A stretch of 64,000 nucleotides of DNA from Felis catus (Eukaryota), in contig NC_058368.1 of the NCBI RefSeq assembly GCF_018350175.1, forward strand, positions 72,542,001 through 72,606,000, in the 5' to 3' direction. Below, piece by piece: positions 1-12,959 of this stretch. Numbering within the stretch: position 1 is the stretch's first letter; every line of letters starts with the position of its first letter. A program made the position numbers and the translations under genes. The notes beneath the pieces were generated by a model. That model was given only the letters and a program-made list of their open reading frames with translations, made no database searches and was not told the DNA's origin.

Positions 1-1789
1 TTAGAATGTTTATTAACTATACTTCCCACAAAGCAGTTGTCATTTTCTTGCCGAAAAAAAAAGGGAATGTGCAAATTAAAATTGCCAGTGGAATTAATGC
101 AATATCTCTTTACATAACACATCATGAGCAAGCAATCAATCCCTTGGACTCTCAGGCAATCAGATATATTTAAGCCAAAGATGATTCAAGATAAAAGTAA
201 TCAGGGTTCCTCCAACACTGCTTTTTGTGTGATGTATTATTGTTTAAAACATCTAATCGCTTAGCCTTTATTTGTTTTCTTTTATTACCTCATTTCATTC
301 CCTGAATAGCTTTAGCAGTAGTGATGTTAACTATTATTGCTGGGACTGATTGAATAGTCTCTTTCTTTTGATACATCAGGTGAAAGCAAAAGTCATTTCA
401 CTGTCGAGCTGATACTGCAATTTCCTGTTACTTCAAAGAAGACGTTGCTTTCAAACAATGGCATGAATGTTTTTGACAATTAGCAATTACATGTGATTTT
501 GTTTTGTTTTGTTTTTATTATCCCGTATTCACTTCTTTGATTTTATTGAAGATTTGGATGAGAGACACTTATAAGCACAGTTTAACTCATAAAATAAAGG
601 GACTCAAAGTAAGCTTAGTTTCTATTTCAAACAAATGATATTTATCCTACATTTTCTATAGTCAGGGAGATGTGAAGGCTTGCATGAAGGACCAGCATTG
701 CAAATGCCTTTATTTCCTGACATTTTTTCCATTGCCAATATAGACAGGTAGTCCCATGTAATTTGAGTGTTCTTTTTTTTTCCCAACACTCTCCTTCTCT
801 TCCTGTTCTCTTAATTGAAAGAATATTTCCCTCTCTCCCTCCACTCCTATCTGTAAAGTACCCTTTTGATATTCTTATCAAAATTGAATGTTTCCACTTA
901 TTTGGTAGAATCCTAGGAATGTAGAACACCCTGATTTATCTGGTCATCATTCAGTTTTCTAGGCAGCCAAGTTTAGCCGTGGACGTCTTTGTGGTCTCTC
1001 CTCTAAGTATTTAATTATCTTGAAAGTGAAAAAGACGCCAAGCAGTTTTGTTCTCATGTCTTCCCACAGTCTCTGAACTGTTTCCATGATTTTTAGCCAC
1101 AGTTTTTTTTTTTTGCCTTTACTGGCAATAATCATTAGGACATAATTTGAGAATGTATATATTTCCATAAATGTGGATCACTTATGGCCCCAGTAAGTTC
1201 CATCGTTTGGAATTGTATTTCTGTTTAACTACTTTTACTTCATAGCCAATGGCAGGAAGTCTTTCTCTATCTTAGTTTATCTAGAAAAGAAATTGGGAAT
1301 CACAAGCAGTTGGCTTTCTATTCGTGATGAAAGGCAACAATTTTAATATCTAAATATAGGTTGAATAAATTCATATGATGTTTATATGTGCATTGCATAG
1401 TAATATTCTTAGAGGAGAATATTGCAAGTAATACCATAGTAGCTGCCATTAGAGTCTAACAAATTATCCAACCTGGTCAGACATATTTGGAACATTTAAC
1501 TAGAAAACAGAACTGGTAGCTATAACTGATGCATGTTTGTGAATGAAATGCTATAGCTACACTTGAGACACTTTAGAGATCATTTAGTCTAATGACTAAA
1601 GATCATTAGTCATTAGACTAATGACTAAATTAGACTAGACTAGAGATCATTTAGTCTTTGCATAGAGAACAAGAAACTGAATCTGTGAAAAGTGAAAGTG
1701 ACTAGTCCAGGCTAGATAAAACCATTTATTGAAAAATAAACCTTTCTCAACTGTAATGTGATGTCACCTCTGTCATAAGTCAACTGGCC

Positions 1790-2749
1790 TTATACTGTAT
1801 AGGTCTTCTTCCAGTGTTTTCATTTTGTTCCATTTGTCTATTTGTCTGGTATTTTATCAGGAATATATTCTTAAATACTGTAGCTTTATAGGAAGTCTAG
1901 TATTGTAATCTCTTCACCCATTTTTCTTCCATAACAATACTCTGGCTATTTTCATCCCTTTGCATTTACATACTATTAATAACTGAATACTTAGGGATGC
2001 ATTAAATCTATACAACAATTGTTGGAGAATTAACACTATTAAGGTCCTAATTAATTAACATAGCATACCCTTGCTCCTATTTATATGTTCTTTAATTTCA
2101 CTTAGTAGTTTATAGCTTTCTACATAGGAGACTTAACATCTTTCACAAGTATTCCCATTTTATGTTTTTTATGCTATTAAAAATTAAACCTTTAAAGAAA
2201 TTTCATGTTTATGCTATGTTAAAATGCATCTAAATTTTAAAATATTAACCATTTGTGTCTTATGACCTTGCAAAATTTACTTCTTAATTTTAATGGTTTA
2301 TATGTAGTTTTTTTTTCCTACTAGTATAGTCACTCCATAGGTGAATAATGACAGTATTATTTTGTCCTTTTTTATGCTTTTTAATTCTTTTTCTTGCCTT
2401 AGAATACTCTATAAGACATCTGTATGATATTGATTAGAAATAGAGATAGTGGACATTCTTGTCTTGCTCCCAATCTTTGGTAAAATGTTTTCAGTATTTT
2501 GCTTCTAACTATGATGTTTGCTATAGATTTATTTTAGACCATAATCAAAATAAGGAAGATAAGAAAGTTATCTTTTATTCTTTAATTTTTTTGCATGAAG
2601 GAACTTTGAATATTGTCAAATATATAATATGCACCTATTTAGATGACAATATTTTTTCTGTTAATGTGATGAAATATTTTGATTGATTTTTAAATGCTAA
2701 ACCAGCTCTTTAATCCTGGACTAAACCCATTTGGATATGAATCTTTTTA
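1790..2749 (-). mobile_element. Old L1M-type LINE-1 fragment (antisense), left part; boundaries approximate
   Basis: T-rich degenerate L1 ORF2 antisense motifs, e.g. agtggacattcttgtcttgctccc and aaaccagc...atcctgga. Confidence 0.65.
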
Positions 2750-2764
2750 AAAATGGCTGGATTC

Positions 2765-3932
2765 CATTCTTCACAGAGCTAGAATGAACAATCCTAAAAT
2801 TTGTATGGAACTGAAAAAGACCCCGAACAGCCAAAGCAATCTTGAAAAAGGAAACCAAAGCTGGAGACATCACAATCCCAGACTTCAAACTATACTACAA
2901 AGCTGTAATCATTAAGACAGTATGGTACTGGCACAAAAATAGACACTCAGATCAACAGAACAGAATAGAGAAACCAGAAATGGACCCACAAATATATGGC
3001 CAACTAATCTTTGACAAAGCAGGAAGGAATATCCAATGGAATAAAGACAGTCTCTTCAGCAAATGGTGCTGGGAAAGCTGGACAGCGACATGCAGAAGAA
3101 TGAACCTGGACCACTTGCTTACACCATACACAAAAATAAACTCAAAATGGATGAAAGACCTAAACGTACAACAAAAAGTCACCAAAATCCTGGAGGAGAA
3201 AACAATCAACAACCTCTTTGACCTCAGCCACAGCAACTTCTTAATTGACATGTCTCCAGAGGCAAGGGAAACAAAAGCAAAAATGAACTGTTGGGACCTC
3301 ATCAAGATAAAAATCTTCTGCACAATGAAGAAACAATCAGCAAAACTAAAAGGCAACCGACAGAATAGGAGAAAATATTTGCAAATGACATATTAGATAA
3401 AGAGTTAGTATCCAAAATCTATAAAGAACTTATCAAACTCAACACCCCAAAACAAATAATCCAATGAAGAAATGAGCAAAAGACATGAATAGACACTTTT
3501 CCAAAGAAGACATCCAGATGGCTAACAGGCACATGAAAAAATGTTCAACATCACTCATGATCAGGGAAATATAAATCAAAACCACAGTGAGATACCAGCT
3601 CACACCTGTCAGAATGGCTGAAATTAACAACTCAGGAAACAATAGATGTTGGTGAGGATGCAGAGAAAGAGGAACCCTTCTGCCCTGCTGGTAGGAATGC
3701 AAACTAGTGCAGCCACTCTGGAAAACAGTATGGAGATCCCTCAAAAAATTAAAAATAGAGCTATCCTAAGACCCAGCAATTGCAATACTAGGTATGTATA
3801 CAAAGGATACGGAGTGCTGATTCAAAGGGGCACATGCACCCCAATGTTAATAGTCACACTATCAACAATAGTCAAAGTATGAAAAGAGCCCAATGTCCAT
3901 TTACTGATGAAAGGATAAAGAAGATGTGGTAG

Positions 3933-3979
<47 letters not shown>

Positions 3980-4403
3980 ATGGAATATTACACAGTGATC
4001 AAAAATAATGAAATCTTGCTATTTGCCACAATGTGGATGGAGTTAGAGTGCATTATGCTAAGCAAAATAAGTCAGAGAAAGACAAATTTCATATGATTTC
4101 ACTCATATGTGGAATTTAAGATACAAAACAGATAAACATAAGGGAAGGGAAGCAAAAATAATATAAAAACAGACAGAGAGAGAGAGAGGGAAACCATAAG
4201 AGACTCTTAAATACAGAGAACAAACTGAAGATTGCTAGAGGGGTGTTTGGTGGGGGGATGGGCTAAATGGACAAGGGGCATTAAGGAGGACACTTGTTGG
4301 CATGAGTAAGTGATGAATCACTGGGTTCCACTCGTGAAATCATTATTACACCATATATTAACTAACTTGGATTTATTTTTTAAAATAAATAAATAAGTAA
4401 AAG
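2765..4403 (+). mobile_element. 5'-truncated carnivore LINE-1 (ORF2 C-terminal part, 3' UTR, A-tail); inactive
   Basis: ORF 2842-3396 is L1 ORF2 ([22 protein letters not shown]...[10 protein letters not shown]) with stops and frameshifts. 15-bp TSD aaaatggctggattc at 2750-2764 and 4404-4418, at a TT/AAAA site. Confidence 0.93.
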
Positions 4404-4418
4404 AAAATGGCTGGATTC

Positions 4419-6330
4419 AAAGTTTGTGAGAGATTGATTTGGAACATTTGTTTTCTATGATGTCCTTGTGTGATTTTGTTGTCAAGGTTATTATACTATC
4501 ATGAAATTTAAATTCTAGCCTTTGACTTTTATAAGAAATTATTTTGATTCTATAGACATTTTTCATTTATATTTTCCCCTATATTTTGGGTTTTATTTTT
4601 CATTATTTTAGTGTTTATATTTTGGATCATTTTCATAGTGTGTGAGAAACTTTTCTTTAGTATTTTTTCTGATAAGGCTCTTCTGGTCATCGCTTCTTTT
4701 AGTTTTTGTTTGTCTGGGGGTGTTTTCATTTTGTAATCAAATTGGAAGGATATTTTTGTTAGGTATAGAACTGTAATTTGACAGTTTCTTTCAGAATTTT
4801 AAATGTCATTCCATTGCTGTCTGGCATAAGCATTTTTTTGATTATTCAGTTGTCAGTGTTCTTGATTTTTTTCTTTGAAGGTAATGCATCTTTTTATCTC
4901 TGACTACTTTTAAGGCTTTCTCTTTGTCTTTCAGCAATTGACTATGCTGTGTCTCACCTAAGATTTGTGGTTTTCTATATATTTATTCTCCTTAAGCTTC
5001 ATGAAGCTTCTTGAATCTATAGTTCAAATTTTTTGACACTTGTTTTAGTTTACTAGGGCTGCCATACTAAACTACTACCAAGTGTGTGGCTTAAATAATA
5101 GAAATTTATTTCCTCACAGTCCTAGAGGCTGTAAGTCCAAGATCAAATGTGATCAAGGTTGATTTTTTCTGAGGGTCTCTCTCCTTGGCTTGTACATGAC
5201 CATATTCTCTCTGTATCTTCACATGATCTTCCCTTGATGTGTCTATGTTTTAATCTTCTCTTTTATAAAATCACCAGGTTTGAGTCTCCCTTGAATGGCC
5301 TATTTTAACCTTAATTACCTCTTTAGAGATCCTATCTCCAGATATAGTCACATTCTGAGGTACTGGGGATTAGGAATTCAACAGATGATTTTTTTGGGGG
5401 GGGAGGGCACAATTCAGCCCATATTAGAAATGTTTTCTCCATTATCTCTTAAAATATTACTTCTGCCTCATTCTATCTTTTATTTCTCGGAACAATGCAT
5501 GACATATTGTTTCATGTCCAGTACGTCTTTTATGCTCTCTTCCCCTCATTCTTTTTGTTTTCTATGCTTCAGTCTAGGTATTTTCTACCAACCTACTTCC
5601 ACTTTACTGATCGTCTCTTCTATGTCTAATCTACCATTGTATCTCTTATTCAGTTTTAATTTCATTTACTGTATTTTTTAACTCAGAATTTCCATTTAAT
5701 TTTTTTTACATATAATTCTCTGGTGAATTTCTCCATTTAGTAACATAGTTTCTTGAATATATTAATCATAGTTATTCTAAAATCCATTACTGATAATTCC
5801 AGTTTAGTCATCTGTATCATTTTTGGATCTCTTTTTATTGTCTATTTTTTCTTTTTCATTTTTGGTCACTCTTTCTTATCTTTTGACATATGTGGGGTTT
5901 TTTTTTATTAAGCATAAATACAGTTTAATAAAATTGGTAGAAATTTGTAAGTTATGCTTTCTTGAAGAGATTTTTTTTTCTAGAAGACATGTGCGAAAGA
6001 AGATAGATAATTTTAATCCAATTAGGATTTGAAATGATTTCTAAAGTGAAAACCTGGGATGTTTATATGATGTCTGTCAATGCCCTCTTTTTCAAAGTTT
6101 CCTGAATTCCAACTGCTATTTTTCTAGTTAGATGAAGTCAAAGCTCTGTTTAGTTTATTCACCTGTTAGATGTTGCTTTTTCCTTGCCCTAAAAAGTTTC
6201 AGATTTCACAATACAGGAAGAGGATTATTTGCAGAGAAGGTGGAACTTACATCCCTCTGGTTTCTTTTTCTTTAGGTTGTTGGCTACTTAAATCCAGGCT
6301 GCCTTGGGAGCCTTTGACTTAGTCTTATAG
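4419..6330 (-). mobile_element. Old L1M-type LINE-1 fragments (antisense), continuation interrupted by an MLT1 LTR; boundaries approximate
   Basis: Resumes L1 antisense-like sequence after the TSD; degenerate T-rich L1 motifs. Confidence 0.55.
5041..5425 (-). mobile_element. ERVL-MaLR solo LTR, MLT1 family
   Basis: Starts tgttttagtttactagggctgccata...gaaatttatttcctcacagt and ends cacaattcagcccata, matching the recalled MLT1B/C-like consensus. Confidence 0.8.
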
Positions 6331-9300
6331 CTGGATTTTTGCTAGTCAAAAATGATTATTGAAGCTAGAGACAAAATGGAGACAGGAATTTCAGGTGCAA
6401 TAGGATTTTGTTGAAAAGTAATGCCATTATAAAATCCCTTTTAAAGAAATAGCATTATTTAATATAGAGACCATGAGTTATCTGAAAGATATTGTTGGCA
6501 GAGGAAAAAAAAAGAAATTGGAAGTTCATACAGAGGTAGAAGCATATTAGGCTCTGAAAAATGGAATACTACTTCCAATTATATAAGAAATATAAAAAAT
6601 TATTATATATGTGGATCTATTTAGGGAAGCTTTTTACTCTTTAAGTTACATGTTTATTTAATTTTGAAATGTTAAATACTGTGCCACAAACCAACATCAT
6701 AGTGGTACTTAAGAAACCCAAACGAATACTTAAAAATAGATTTTTATTTCGGTATTTTTAGAGGTACTTATTAAGTAGGTTTTCCCAATTTTAAAAATTT
6801 TTAAATTGATAGGTTAAGTTATTCCCTAGGTTATTAAGCATATAAGCAGTCAGTATTAAATTCTGTCTTGGGTCTTCCTGAGTTAAGAACACAAACTCTT
6901 AACTCTTATCAAAGATTCCTTTCTTAGGGAGCTAACCCCTGTCATGGCAGTGCCTTCCATTAGGGAATACTCTGACAAGTAGGATGTTATTTATTACAGT
7001 ATACTAAGCTCTGCTTCCTTATTACTCTAACCTATTAATTCTGAGTATGCTAACTGTGCTGTAAAATACCGAAGTTCAATAAGTTTTCTATATTTATAAA
7101 TTTTAAGTTTATTGAATTTCTAACATTTTTGGCTGTGCAATTCCCAGGCTCTGCATATGTTTGACACTGCATTATTGAAAAAATTGGCTTAAATCCTGAA
7201 TATGATGTTAAAGAATATTTCCCAAAACTGAATGTAAAATGCGTGGGTCAGTATATGCATAATTATTGATAAGACTTTATTTTTTAAGAAAATTTAGCTA
7301 CTTAGATACATTATGTCTAGAGTTTTACTTACATATGTTTAAATTTTAAAATATTTTTATTTTTAAACAATTTCAAACTTAGAAGACCTAAGAATAGTGT
7401 AAAGAGCTTTTTTACATGAACCATTTGAGGATAAATTGCTCACATGGAGTTCTGTCACCTTCAAATTTAAATGTACTTGTATATATACATTCTCATATTA
7501 TGTATACACTTATATATATACACAATGTTTTTTCTAATGTTTTATGATTTGGTGAAATCAGTATTTGGAACCAAAAATAGTACAAAAAAGGCTATCATTA
7601 GGAAATATTGTTTTTTGGTTAATTTTTTCTAATTTTAAAAGCCTACCTTGTCATTCATGGAAAATGTATTATTTATTATGACATATATTTCATTGTTCAA
7701 TTTGTTAAATAAATTTCCTAATTATCTCTGATGTGGGGAGAAAGTTCACAATTATTTCAAATCAATTTAATTACCACTGAAATGTGTATTGAGGAAGTGA
7801 TATATATTCACTCACACTTTGGAATTTTTTTTAAGTGACAAAACCCAAGGATTTAATAGTGACTAGGGTCTGATTCCACACTACCCTTCCATTGCCCAAA
7901 TAAAGTTTATTTTCAAGAAACTTTCTGTAAAAACATTTCTTTGATTCTATCAAACACAGCACTCTCACTGGTGAATGGCAGTTGTTGCCTATGACTACCC
8001 TATGGCATTTGTCCCATAGAGTCTTTCATGGTGAATTACAGTTGTATGTGTTTATTTATGACCTAGAATGGGATAATTAAAGTCAATACCAAGAAAAGGC
8101 CCAGATATGATAGGATTTATGTTTGCAGAATCTCCAGATCTTGTTATTGAAACAATAACAAGATTGTCCAGCTAATGGGTTCACCCACTAGGAAGAAGGA
8201 GATTCTTATTTTAACTGATACTGGGCACTTCATGATGGGCCACACTCATCAATTACTTAAGCTCCATATTTTTTAACCTCAGTCATTCACTGACTTTTCA
8301 AACCTTCGACCTGCTGCAGAAGGTTTCTGACTTACGTTGAAAAATGAGTGCGATATTTCTCCCTAATTTATAAATGTCTTTGTTAGAAAAAAAATGAATC
8401 TTGAGTAATTGTTATTTTAGAAACTATCTTAAGGTTGAAATAGTGCCATAATCTAATTTAGAAGCCTAATGGATGTCCTCAGTGATGCTTTATTTCATAC
8501 ATTGGAAAATATTTAGGGAAAAGTGAGACCTGGTACACCAATTTCCCATTTTCAGTTTTAGGCACTTTAGGGCAGGCAACAGAAAATTATATTAGTTCTA
8601 CGTTTGCTTAAATGTCTCATTTCCTCACATATTCCATGATTGATTACTCTAATCCTCGTGTACTAAGACAGTACAAACAGAAGAATTGACATTTATCCAT
8701 ATTTTTAAAAGTCATGAGCAACTCTTCCTTGGCTGATAATTGTGATGTCAATGTGGCTTGAATTATGAGAAGTCTCACCTCCCATTTTGGGAGGTGAAAC
8801 GTTCTTCTTCCCTTTCAAATGTCTGATGGGAGATTACTTCATTCTCACACACAAAATATTTGTACTCAGATGAAATGGTACAGAATATTATAGTTCTCAA
8901 GTGTTTAATTCCATCTCATAGAAATTTCAGGAGAACTTAGGATGCATTTGGCAGGAGTTTTTCTAGTGCAATCAGGTTGCTATGGTAAACCTATTATTTT
9001 AGGCAAAGGAGGACTGTGTTAGTAAAGTGCTAATCTCTTTTCTGTTTTATGTGAGCCTCTAATTACTATCTAGCTATTGAGCGTGTACTGCAAGTGTGGT
9101 TTTTACCATTTTAAAAAGTGAAAGAAAATAAGGTCATAGAGAGTGTGCCTGCTGTTACTGCACTAACAGGTGCATTTGAGAATATAGTGCTCTTCCTAGT
9201 TAATCTCATTCTGGATCAGGAAATACAGGTGTTTGTTTGTTTGTTTGTTTGTTTGTTTGTTTAGAGAAATGGAATAGGAAAGGAATGGATTTTATGTGAG

Positions 9301-9354
9301 TAATTGAGATGCAAGCCTCCCAACATGTTTTCTATTGTAAAAATGTAAGTAACA

Positions 9355-9590
9355 TCTATTGTTTATTGAGCATTTACCTTGTGTCAGGCCTTGTCTTATG
9401 TACTTTATATGCACTACTACGTTTAGCATTTACAATAACATTGTTACCAGTTTTATTATTATTCCCATCACATGACCACAATAAATTAGGTTTAACTGAT
9501 TCTTCCAAGGAATTACATTTAATGGTGGACATGCCAAGATTAGAATCTAAATTTATTTAATGTCGGATCCCATGCTTTTAGTTGTATCTG
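9355..9590 (-). mobile_element. MIR, degenerate
   Basis: tttattgagcatttaccttgtgtcaggc... and ccaagattagaatctaa...ccatgcttt motifs. Confidence 0.55.
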
Positions 9591-10493
9591 GGCCACAAAA
9601 TGTATCTCCCTTTCTCTTTACCTTACTGACATTTAACAAACACTTTGAGACTTATTGCCACATCCAGGTCACCTTTATCAGAAACTTTTTCTAACCTTGT
9701 CAGGTGTGTGTGCTTGTATATTTCACCTTTAGTCCCTCCACTAATGAAAGTTTTTAAATGTTCTCCTTTATTTTGTATCTTCCGTATCTAGCATAATACT
9801 TAACCCATAGTTGATATTCAAAATGTGTTTGTTGGATGAATGAATGAGGGAGTGATCAAATTGGTACAGATATTCAAGGTTGATGAGCCCAGTTGAATCT
9901 ATTCTTGAGCACGAACATGTTTTCTATGCGGTATAGTTTGAAGGAAGTGAGAATCATTCTCCACCTAAATACCTCAAATGTCAGCATATAAGGTAGAAAT
10001 GATTTGTGTGTTTGGTTGTGTGTTGTGTTTTCAGTTATGGTCTCTGCAGATGTTTTCAGTCTTTGTTATTCAGGTCCATGTATCTAACATGTGGTGTCTG
10101 AAAATTCCAGATTATAATCCTGCACAAATGCACAAGCATATTATTGGCAGTAATGGAGACGATTCAGTTGGTCATTAGCATCTAATGCAGTATGGGTTTA
10201 CCCAATTAGTTTATGAATGGACTCTTCCTTAACTGTTAATACATGAGATGAGGGATTAGTGTCTATCTTGTTTATCTTTGTATCTCCTCATCTAGCATAT
10301 AGTAACTAGACACTGATGGTTTGAAAGCTGTGCCCTGTGGAGATGAGGCCTTAAAAAGAGAAGTTTGAAAAGAGTGAAGGTTAGGAGAAGGCAAAGTCTA
10401 AAGATTTAGAGATTTGTCATGGTTAAGATTGTATAAGAAGAGGAATCCAAGAAGAAAAGAAATTCCCGGAAGAAAGAGGGAGGGAACAAACAT

Positions 10494-10495
<2 letters not shown>

Positions 10496-10581
<86 letters not shown>
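10496..10581. repeat. Compound (TG)n(AG)n microsatellite
   Basis: Seen directly. Confidence 0.95.
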
Positions 10582-10585
<4 letters not shown>

Positions 10586-11137
10586 AGAGGTTCGTTGGGG
10601 GACAAAGAAGAGAGTAGAGGATGAAGAGGAGGAATAGGAGGTAAAGGAAGAAGAGATATATAGTCTAAAAAATAAATGTCACCTTCACAGTTTCACATTG
10701 TTAGCTTTATATCAGTTTTGGGAAATCAGCTTCTAGCAGAGATAAACACCTTTTCTTCAGGCAATGCTTGTAGATCTCCCTCCATTTTCATTTGGAAAGA
10801 GTCACCCAAACATCCCTAACTATTAAAAAGGACAACCAACAATAGTTCTATAAACAATTGAGGAATAAGAGTTGACCTTTCCATCCTTCACACACTCTGT
10901 GACCTTGAGAGATAACCTTTTCACCCTGTGTCCTTGAGAAAGTAACATATTATCTCATTCTCAGAGACTCATTTTCCTTATCTGTAAATTGTAGGGCTAG
11001 TTGGACTTGATCATCCTCCATGATTTTCTATCTCTAACAATCTCCAATTTTATGAAATAATTAAATGAATATTTCTACCATAGCTGTGCTCTGGTAGTTA
11101 ATAAGGATGAAAACTAGTGAGATTAATAAATAAGGAG

Positions 11138-11347
11138 GGGCACCTGGGTGGCGCAGTCGGTTAAGCGTCTGACTTCAGCCAGGTCACGATCTCGCGGTCC
11201 GTGAGTTCCAGCCCCGCGTCAGGCTCTGGGCTGATGGCTCAGAGCCTGAAGCCTGTTTCTGATTCTGTGTCTCCCTCTCTCTCTGCCCCTCCCCCGTTCA
11301 TGCTCTGTCTCTCTCTGTCCCAAAAATAAATAAACGTTGAAAAAATA
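11138..11347 (+). mobile_element. Can-SINE, felid SINEC_Fc type
   Basis: tRNA-derived head gggcacctgggtggcgcagtcggttaagcg, (CT)n, A-tail. TSD aataaataaggag at 11125-11137 and 11348-11360. Confidence 0.93.
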
Positions 11348-11361
11348 AATAAATAAGGAGT

Positions 11362-11768
11362 ATTTTTTAGTTTTAAATTTTTATTTAAATTCTTGTTAGT
11401 CAACATATAGTATAATATTAGTTTCAGGTATAGAATTTAGGGATTCATCACTTACATACAACACCCAGTGCTCATCACAACAAGTGCCCTCCTTAATACC
11501 CATCACCCATTTAGCCCATCTCCCGCCCACCTCCTCCCTGGTAACCATCAGTTTGTTCTCTATAGATAAGAGTTTATTTCTTTACTTGTCTCTCTCTTTT
11601 TTTCCCCATGTTCATTTGTTTTGTTTCTTAAATTCTCCACAGGAGTGAAATCATAAGATATCTGTCTTTCTCTGACTGACTTATTTCGTTTAGCATAATA
11701 CACTCTAGCTCCATCCACATCATCGCATATGGCAAGATTTCATTCTTTTTGATGGCTGAGTAACATCC

Positions 11769-11807
<39 letters not shown>

Positions 11808-11901
11808 ACTCACACCAATTCTTCTTTATCCATTCTTCGGTAGATGGACACTTGGACTCTTTCCATAATTTGGCTATTGTTGATAATGCTGCTATAAACA
11901 T
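11362..11901 (-). mobile_element. Carnivore LINE-1 3' end fragment
   Basis: Minus ORF 11628-11813 has the L1 motif YSAIKKNEILP...WMELECIML. T-rich tail at the left and internal (TG)n. Confidence 0.88.
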
Positions 11902-12415
11902 ATTTATAAATAAATAAAGTTTTAATCTTTTAATTTCTAAAAATGTAAATGAGGCAATCTACCTTTTATAAAGGTATCAATCTGCTCTTTTATTTCATCT
12001 TATAATTTAATGGTATGTAGTTATCCTATAGGTAGAAAGAAAGTCCTATTTTCTCTTTCTACTTCGGTATTAAAATAAAGGTATTTTATTTGTCTATTCC
12101 TTGAAGCATCTTGTGGGTAAAATCTAAAACACCGTAAATTAGGGTTTCTCCAGGCTATATCAGGTAAAATCTTATTAACTTGAAACTTTCGGAGCTTTCA
12201 AATATTTTAATGAACCAGGTGACTTCCCTTCAAAGTATAATTATTTTAAATTTGCAGCTTATTTCCATGAGATTTACTAAGAGATATAAATAATTTATGT
12301 TCATACTGATCATCATGTAGTATTTCTATTTTGAATGATCCATTTTGTCCTTAGTCTGTTTTTCTCATGGGTGTGCATTATTGGTAATTTATATATGAGC
12401 TCATATGTATGGTCA

Positions 12416-12608
12416 TTTTTTTTGAGAGAGATAGAGAGAGCATGCGCTTGGGGGAGGAGCAGAGAGAGAAAGGTAGAAAGAGAAATCCCAAGCAGGCTCC
12501 ACACTGACACCACAGAGCCCAACACAGGACTCAAACCCACAAACCATGAGATCATGACCTGAACTGAAACCAAGAGTCGGACGCTTAACTGAGCCACCCA
12601 GGTGCCCC
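12416..12608 (-). mobile_element. Can-SINE
   Basis: Ends cttaactgagccacccaggtgcccc; (AG)n tract. Confidence 0.9.
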
Positions 12609-12959
12609 ATATAGTTATTTTTTATTATGTTTTATTTGTGCAAATATTTTGTCTCTGTTTATTGTTTATGTGTCAGTCTTATGTTATTGTTGTTTTAAAT
12701 ATTGTTTATGGTAAAACTTGTCAGTTTTTTAGTGTTTCTGGTTTGTTGTCATGTTTTGGATCGTCTTTCCCACCCGAGGGTTATGAAAACTCCCACCTAT
12801 ATTCCTGTCCAGGATTTTATGTGTTAAACTTCTACATTTAAATGTTGAAATGTTGGGAATTTATTTAGTTGCAATGAATGAGTTAAGTACAGGGTCTGAT
12901 CTTTTTGCAACATAGCTCACTGGTTGTAGGAGACTTGTTTGGTAAATAATCCATGATGC

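Noticed and set aside
2842..3396. 184-aa ORF, the longest with recognisable protein character
   Set aside because: Broken L1 ORF2 fragment in a 5'-truncated element, not a host gene or active retrotransposon.
11138..11220. tRNA-like A/B-box sequences in SINE heads
   Set aside because: tRNA-derived Can-SINE heads followed by (CT)n and A-tails, not tRNA genes.
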